From Gammaproteobacteria bacterium (GTDB lineage: Bacteria > Pseudomonadota > Gammaproteobacteria > SURF-13): 29,974 nucleotides of DNA. How positions within the stretch are numbered: position 1 is the first letter of the stretch; the number at the start of each line of letters is the position of its first letter. The stretch is taken from the NCBI GenBank assembly GCA_035561915.1, contig DATMXC010000066.1, positions 1-29,974 on the forward strand, written 5' to 3'. The position numbers and the translations under genes are program-made. The notes below the pieces were generated by a model. It saw only the letters and a list, made by a program, of their open reading frames with translations, searched no databases and was not told where the DNA came from. Shown here piece after piece: positions 25,314-29,974 of the stretch.

Positions 25314-26174
25314 TCATGCGCGAGTCTCAGTACCGGCGGCCCGCTCCGGATTCACCCCAACGGGCTCCGGTCTTGGAAACCATCGAATGCGATGCGGCAA
25401 GCGAAGACCGCATAGCAGGCCATTTCTGATCCGCCACGCAAGTCGCCGCTCATGTCTCCAGCCTCGGTCCTTGACTTGATAAAGACGTCCTTTGCCCGGC
25501 TGCTTCTGACCAAAGCGCTCACCGCGCGCGAGGCGCTCCATCAGTTCGGCGTATCCCAACGCGCTATCCCTTATGGCGCGCCAGAACAAGGTAAGCTCCT
25601 CGTCGCCCTCCCGAACCTCCGGACATATATGCGCAATCAGGTCACCCGAGTCGATGCCTTGGTCGATGAAATGCAGGGTGCAGCCAACCTTCTCCGGCTC
25701 GCCATTGTGAAGCGCCCAGAACGTGCAGTCCGCCCCGCGGTACTCTGGGGAGAGCCCTCCGTGCAGATTGACGATCCCGAGCCGTCCCTTAGTAAGCAAG
25801 TCACCGCGGATGAGGGAGGTGCCAAACACCGCAATCACATCCGGTTGCAGGTTCTGTGCCAGCCTTACTACATCGGGGTGATTGATATGCGGCACCTCCA
25901 CCAGCAAGTCCGGCCGGGCAAGAAACGGAGTCCGGCTGCCGAAGAAGAATTTGGCTTCGCCGCCTCCGGTATAACGCCTGCGATCCCTCAACCAGCGCCA
26001 GCCTTTGCGCCAGAGCTTGACAGGATTGAGCAGACGCCGTAATTTTTTACCGTTCCACTGACTACCGGTTTCCTGCACGATCGCAACCGCGCGGGCGCTT
26101 TCGCAGAGCATGTTGGCGACATAGAGATGCCGGGGTGAGCGGCCGCACAGTATCAGTACCGATAAGTCAGACAT
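25314..26174 (-). CDS. N10-formyl-THF-dependent formyltransferase (Formyl_trans_N), 286 aa
   Basis: IVNLHGGLSPEYRG (catalytic N and H) and TLHFIDQGIDSGD (catalytic D). Confidence 0.87.
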   Translation of the reverse strand: MSDLSVLILCGRSPRHLYVANMLCESARAVAIVQETGSQWNGKKLRRLLNPVKLWRKGWRWLRDRRRYTGGGEAKFFFGSRTPFLARPDLLVEVPHINHPDVVRLAQNLQPDVIAVFGTSLIRGDLLTKGRLGIVNLHGGLSPEYRGADCTFWALHNGEPEKVGCTLHFIDQGIDSGDLIAHICPEVREGDEELTLFWRAIRDSALGYAELMERLARGERFGQKQPGKGRLYQVKDRGWRHERRLAWRIRNGLLCGLRLPHRIRWFPRPEPVGVNPERAAGTETRA

Positions 26175-27396
26175 GTGACATCACCTCCGGCGCGGCGTGG
26201 CCGACCTTGGCAACCGGCGGCACGGTCATGTCGGCCATATCCATCATCAGGGCATCGGCAAAAAATTTCGCCGCCCAATTGGGGAATTCAAACATGGAGT
26301 ACCGTCCCCAGATTGGCGCAGAACCGGCCACTGCACCGCGAAATGTAGGATCCGAGTCGGTCAGCCTGTGGTTGCGCTTGAGATAGCTCAATCCGTTGCG
26401 AGCGTGCGCGCGCAAGTCTTCCGCCCCGCACTCGCGGGCGAGCCGTAGCCAGTTCAATCCCATTTGAGCCACACCGGTCAAACAACAGTAGCTTGCACCG
26501 GCCTGCCAATTCTCGTCATAGGTGCCGGCCAGCCAGCCGTCGGGCCGCTGCACCCGCGCCACGGCGCGGGCCGCTTTCTCCGCCGCCGCAAGATAGCGTT
26601 CTTCGCCAAGCAGTACCCCGCTCTCCAGGAAGCCGCGGATGGCATAAGCGATAGTATGAGTGAAAGGCAGCCGCCCCGGGGTGAAGGCGTTGTTGGCGAA
26701 CCAGCCAGTGGCTGTTTGTTGCGCCAACGCCCAATCGAGATTACGCAGTGCGGCGGCTTTGAGTTTTGCCTCATCTGCGATCAGGGCGGTGGCGAGCAAC
26801 GCCCAGGTGCCACGGGTGTTGTAGGTGTGAGGTACGCCATTATGCTCGAAGCGCCGCCAGCAACCGTCTTCATCCTGCTGCCGGGCCAGCCAGTGACCTG
26901 CCTTGACTGCGGCGTCGAGACATTCCTGCCGCCCCAATTGCGTGTATCCGGCGATCATGCCATGCATGATTTGGCCGGTATTGAAAATCACCGGATGACT
27001 ATCAGACTCGCCGAAATGTCCGGGAAAGGCGCCGTCTTCCTGCTGAAGCGACAACTCCCAATCGATGATTCGGTGGGCGCGGCCGATCAGATCAGGCCGA
27101 TCCAACAGTTTAGCGGCTGCCAGAAATGTTTCGATGATATAGCCGCTGGTTTCCGGATAACTGGGCAGCCAGCCGTCCTCAAAGCTCCAGCCGGCGGATA
27201 CGCCGCCTGCATCCGCCTTGTCCGCCCGCACATCCTGCGCGCGGCACAGCCAATCTATAGCAGCCCGGAGATGTTCCAGGTGATCTTGTTCCGGCTGATT
27301 ACCCGGCGCCATCAGGTCCTGCATGATCAGGCGGAGATGACGCGGGCGCCACGGTTTATAGCGGAAGGGTAATGCGGCAATTTTTACAATATCCAT
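26167..27396 (-). CDS. QW-repeat alpha/alpha toroid protein (prenyltransferase/squalene-cyclase-like repeats), function unknown, 409 aa
   Basis: Repeated QxxDGxW/F motifs: QQEDGAF, QQDEDGCW, QQTATGWF and QRPDGWL. Also SYPETSGY and FPNWAAKFF. Confidence 0.72.
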   Translation of the reverse strand: MDIVKIAALPFRYKPWRPRHLRLIMQDLMAPGNQPEQDHLEHLRAAIDWLCRAQDVRADKADAGGVSAGWSFEDGWLPSYPETSGYIIETFLAAAKLLDRPDLIGRAHRIIDWELSLQQEDGAFPGHFGESDSHPVIFNTGQIMHGMIAGYTQLGRQECLDAAVKAGHWLARQQDEDGCWRRFEHNGVPHTYNTRGTWALLATALIADEAKLKAAALRNLDWALAQQTATGWFANNAFTPGRLPFTHTIAYAIRGFLESGVLLGEERYLAAAEKAARAVARVQRPDGWLAGTYDENWQAGASYCCLTGVAQMGLNWLRLARECGAEDLRAHARNGLSYLKRNHRLTDSDPTFRGAVAGSAPIWGRYSMFEFPNWAAKFFADALMMDMADMTVPPVAKVGHAAPEVMSHV

Positions 27397-27416
27397 AGGC
27401 GAGATGCTTGTCCGAT

Positions 27417-28829
27417 TTAATTGTATCCGAAAGCCGCCTGCGCGGATTCCAGGCCGGCCGGCAAGGGGACATGGCTCACCACATAACGGTATTTTCCGGA
27501 CACCTCCACGGGGATGCGTTCCATGAGCCGTATGGTCACACGCACAGAGTCTCCCATGCGCGCCCTGATTCCGCTTTCAATTTGGCCCTGCCGATCCGGG
27601 CCGAAGCCCCGGCCCGGCACCACCAGAACTTCCATGTCCTCAGGCGTATGCTGGATCAGTTTGAATTCCGCCACCCCTTCCACCGCGCGCAGCACGTAGA
27701 TGAGGGCAAGCGCGTGCATGATGGTGCCGTCCGCGCGCACCACGAAATCCGTGCTGCGCCCGGCCACTTCGGCGATCACGTGCAGCCCGCGTTCGCCGGC
27801 GCAGGCACCGTCTGCCATTCGTACCATGTCGCCGGTGCGGTAGCGGATGAAAGGCTGGGCCTCCGAGCACAAGCCGGTGATGACGGCTTCGCCCATCTCA
27901 CCCGGGCGGACCGGGCTTCCGCTTGCATCCAGTACCTCCAAAAGGATGCTTTCACTCATGAGCAGTAGTTGGCCCCCAGGGGCTTCGTGGGCGGTGAAAC
28001 CGATATCGCGGCTGCCGAATTCGTTGGCGGCGGGCACACCGAATACTTCCTGGATAAGCTCCCGTTGATAGGGATAGAGCGGTTCGCCGGTGGTGCATAC
28101 CACCTTCAAGCCGGGCAGCTTGAGTCGCACGCCGCGATCGCGGGCGTGCGCCGCCAGTAGCGCGATGCTGCTCGCGTAACCGTAGATGCACTTGGGCTGA
28201 TAGGCTTGTATGGCCTGTATATAAGCGTCCATGTTGGCCGGAGACATCTCGAAGGCATTCAGCACCAACTGGTTCAGCAGCCGATCGCGCAGGGTTTTGA
28301 TCCGGTCGGTTTTGTTAAGCTCCACCGGCGCGCCCCACAGATACACTTCCCGGTCGCCCACGTCCACGCCCCACCAGCGCCGCGCACGGATGCGGCCCGC
28401 GGCGTCGGAGGCCTGGCGGCTCCGGCCGTAGTAAAAAATCAGCGGTTGTCCGCTGGAGCCGCCGGTGTTGTATTTGAACGCGCCGCCGGGTACGCCCGCC
28501 CAGCGGATCGCCTCGCCATGTTCTTGCGCGTCCTGTTTGGTCATGGTGGGCAGGTGGCGCAAATCGGCCAGGGTCAACGGCGCCGAATCGGGCGACACAT
28601 CCAATCCGGCGGCGCGGATCCGTTCTGCGTGCCAGGGGCTGTGCGCCAACGCGGTCTGTAGCAATATTTTCAGCTTTTTAAGTTGCAGTTGTTCGATGGC
28701 TACACGAGACCACCATTGGGTTTGCTCCAGTTCAGCGAGGTAGCGAAACGTGGGCCGTTTGAGCAGCCTCTCGTGCAGGGGGTAAATAACGCGGCGGGCG
28801 AACAAGGAACTGACCATAGTCGTTTGCAT
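27417..28829 (-). CDS. Phenylacetate-CoA ligase / CapK-like adenylate-forming enzyme, 470 aa
   Basis: YNTGGSSGQP (P-loop), NEFGSRD, FIRYRTGD and GRSTD. Start reassigned to the ATG at 28829, overlapping the GT4 stop (TAATG). Confidence 0.88.
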   Translation of the reverse strand: MQTTMVSSLFARRVIYPLHERLLKRPTFRYLAELEQTQWWSRVAIEQLQLKKLKILLQTALAHSPWHAERIRAAGLDVSPDSAPLTLADLRHLPTMTKQDAQEHGEAIRWAGVPGGAFKYNTGGSSGQPLIFYYGRSRQASDAAGRIRARRWWGVDVGDREVYLWGAPVELNKTDRIKTLRDRLLNQLVLNAFEMSPANMDAYIQAIQAYQPKCIYGYASSIALLAAHARDRGVRLKLPGLKVVCTTGEPLYPYQRELIQEVFGVPAANEFGSRDIGFTAHEAPGGQLLLMSESILLEVLDASGSPVRPGEMGEAVITGLCSEAQPFIRYRTGDMVRMADGACAGERGLHVIAEVAGRSTDFVVRADGTIMHALALIYVLRAVEGVAEFKLIQHTPEDMEVLVVPGRGFGPDRQGQIESGIRARMGDSVRVTIRLMERIPVEVSGKYRYVVSHVPLPAGLESAQAAFGYN

Positions 28830-29974
28830 TAGGCAAACCGGCCCCGTGGCGCCGGTTGCTTGTCCTTCGGTGCGTTTCCGGTAAGCGCGAAAAATTCTTC
28901 CACCAGCACGTTGACCCGACTGTCCCAGGAATTGGCCCTGGCATAGTCCACGATGGCGCTGCGATCCCAACTCTTGCGCAAGGCATCGGCAAGGGCGTGC
29001 TCCAGCGCCGGGCCATCGCCAAATTCGACTATCGTGCCTAACTCGGGGCTTGTCACCACTTCGCGGTTGCCGCCCACATCGGTGGTGACCACGGGTAACC
29101 CGCAGGCCATGGCTTCGAGAAACACGTTGGCCCAACCCTCGTTGCGCGTGGCAAGCACAAAGACATCCGCTGCGGACAGGGGCAGCTTCAACTCCTCGGG
29201 GGGTAATGCCCCAAGAAAGATGACATGGTCCGCGAGGCCCAATTGTGCGACCTGCGCCCGCAGCTTTTCGCCCCAGTCCCCTTCCGGGCTGGCGCCTCCT
29301 ACAATCAGGTAAATCAGATTGGGGAATTTTTTCACCAGTACCGGCAGCCGCTCGATGACCCGATGAAATCCTTTGCGTTCCGCCAGCGCGCCCACCGAAA
29401 CCAGTATCGGGGCATCCGGTGCCAGGTTGAGGCTGCGTCGTGCCTCGCCCCGGTCGATCGGGCTGAACTTGACGGTATCTACCCCGTTGCCCACCACGCG
29501 AATTTTGTCGGCATCGGCACCTAAACTTACTACGTGACGCTTGAGCGATTCAGACACCGAGAACACCCGCGCCGCTCCGGAAAGCGCGGCGACGATACCC
29601 CTGCGCCGGCCCGGTTCCCTCGACAGGGGGACTTCGGTGCCACGCAGGGTAATCGTTACAGGCACTTTGAGCCATTTACCGAGCAGCGTGGCGGCATAAC
29701 CGTCGGGGTAGGCAAAATGCGCGTCAATCAAGTCAAATGCAAAACGCCGCTTCAGGCGCAGCAACGTCGTCAGGCTCCCCACTGCCATGAACAGGCCGTC
29801 CAGGGATTTGAACAGCCCCGGCACGGAAAAAAAGCGTGGATGCAGGACTTCGATGCCGTCCTGAATTTCATGCCGGGGGGCGTCGGGACGAAAGTGAGGG
29901 CGCCATCTGCGGATCAGCCTTTGCAGCGGAAACCATGGCACGGGCACCACCACGGTAAGGGGCAATACCTTACC
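28829..29974 (-). CDS. Glycosyltransferase family 4 (5' end outside the window)
   Basis: IDAHFAYPDG, TLRG, VGNGVD, ERKGFH and NEGWANVFLEAMACGLPVV (E-X7-E). The frame is open to the window edge. Confidence 0.9.
   Translation of the reverse strand, partial: GKVLPLTVVVPVPWFPLQRLIRRWRPHFRPDAPRHEIQDGIEVLHPRFFSVPGLFKSLDGLFMAVGSLTTLLRLKRRFAFDLIDAHFAYPDGYAATLLGKWLKVPVTITLRGTEVPLSREPGRRRGIVAALSGAARVFSVSESLKRHVVSLGADADKIRVVGNGVDTVKFSPIDRGEARRSLNLAPDAPILVSVGALAERKGFHRVIERLPVLVKKFPNLIYLIVGGASPEGDWGEKLRAQVAQLGLADHVIFLGALPPEELKLPLSAADVFVLATRNEGWANVFLEAMACGLPVVTTDVGGNREVVTSPELGTIVEFGDGPALEHALADALRKSWDRSAIVDYARANSWDSRVNVLVEEFFALTGNAPKDKQPAPRGRFA

Noticed and set aside
1075-27372. Long plus-strand ORFs (e.g. 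1075-1869, 4336-5268, 5549-6448, 7038-7628, 12301-13026, 22897-23757, 26464-27372)
   Set aside because: They lie antisense to well-supported genes and have no recognisable motifs. These are shadow ORFs expected from GC-rich codon bias.
26167-27396. Squalene-hopene cyclase call
   Set aside because: No DxDD motif, only one domain's length, and a glycan-locus context.
56-29135. Long N-terminal extensions in the ORF track (56-1246, 9316-10365, 10178-11848, 14950-16263, 21765-23288, 27417-29135)
   Set aside because: The extensions overlap upstream genes in another frame and are low-complexity R/G/A-rich. Internal ATGs coupled to upstream stops explain the genes better, so these are not fusions.
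1-29974. PEP-CTERM target proteins, exosortase, CRISPR arrays, tRNA/rRNA, IS elements
   Set aside because: No protein ends in a VPEP-TM-basic motif. No regularly spaced repeats, RNA-gene signatures or transposase motifs were seen. The PEP-CTERM link rests only on family resemblance of the ligase and its neighbours.

Overview
GC-rich, apparently proteobacterial cell-surface glycan locus, almost entirely on the minus strand. No tRNA, rRNA, CRISPR array, transposase or integrase was seen. In transcription order (right to left), the first block is a tightly coupled run typical of PEP-CTERM/exosortase-associated exopolysaccharide loci: GT4, PaaK/CapK-like ligase, QW-repeat alpha/alpha toroid protein, formyltransferase, O-glycosylation ligase, sulfotransferase, deacetylase-like protein and GT2. 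Next is a rearranged, partly AT-rich patch with a gene relic, GT4, and, on the plus strand, an FkbM methyltransferase and a GT2 relic. An MBOAT + SGNH-like + alpha/beta-hydrolase unit follows. The last block starts at a good sigma54 promoter and carries Wzm/Wzt with a C-terminal domain, a coiled-coil methyltransferase, two WbsX/GH99-like paralogues, a sulfotransferase-CysQ fusion, an exostosin-like protein, an FG-GAP/ASPIC-UnbV protein, GT2s and a CE4 deacetylase. Most notable: (i) three different sulfotransferase families suggest a sulfated, possibly glycosaminoglycan-like glycan; (ii) the fused CysQ domain has a degenerate active site; (iii) an FG-GAP + sulfotransferase two-gene module is present twice with reciprocal decay; (iv) several genes appear hollowed out by internal deletion while keeping both ends. 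All family assignments come from motif recognition by eye, not database searches.
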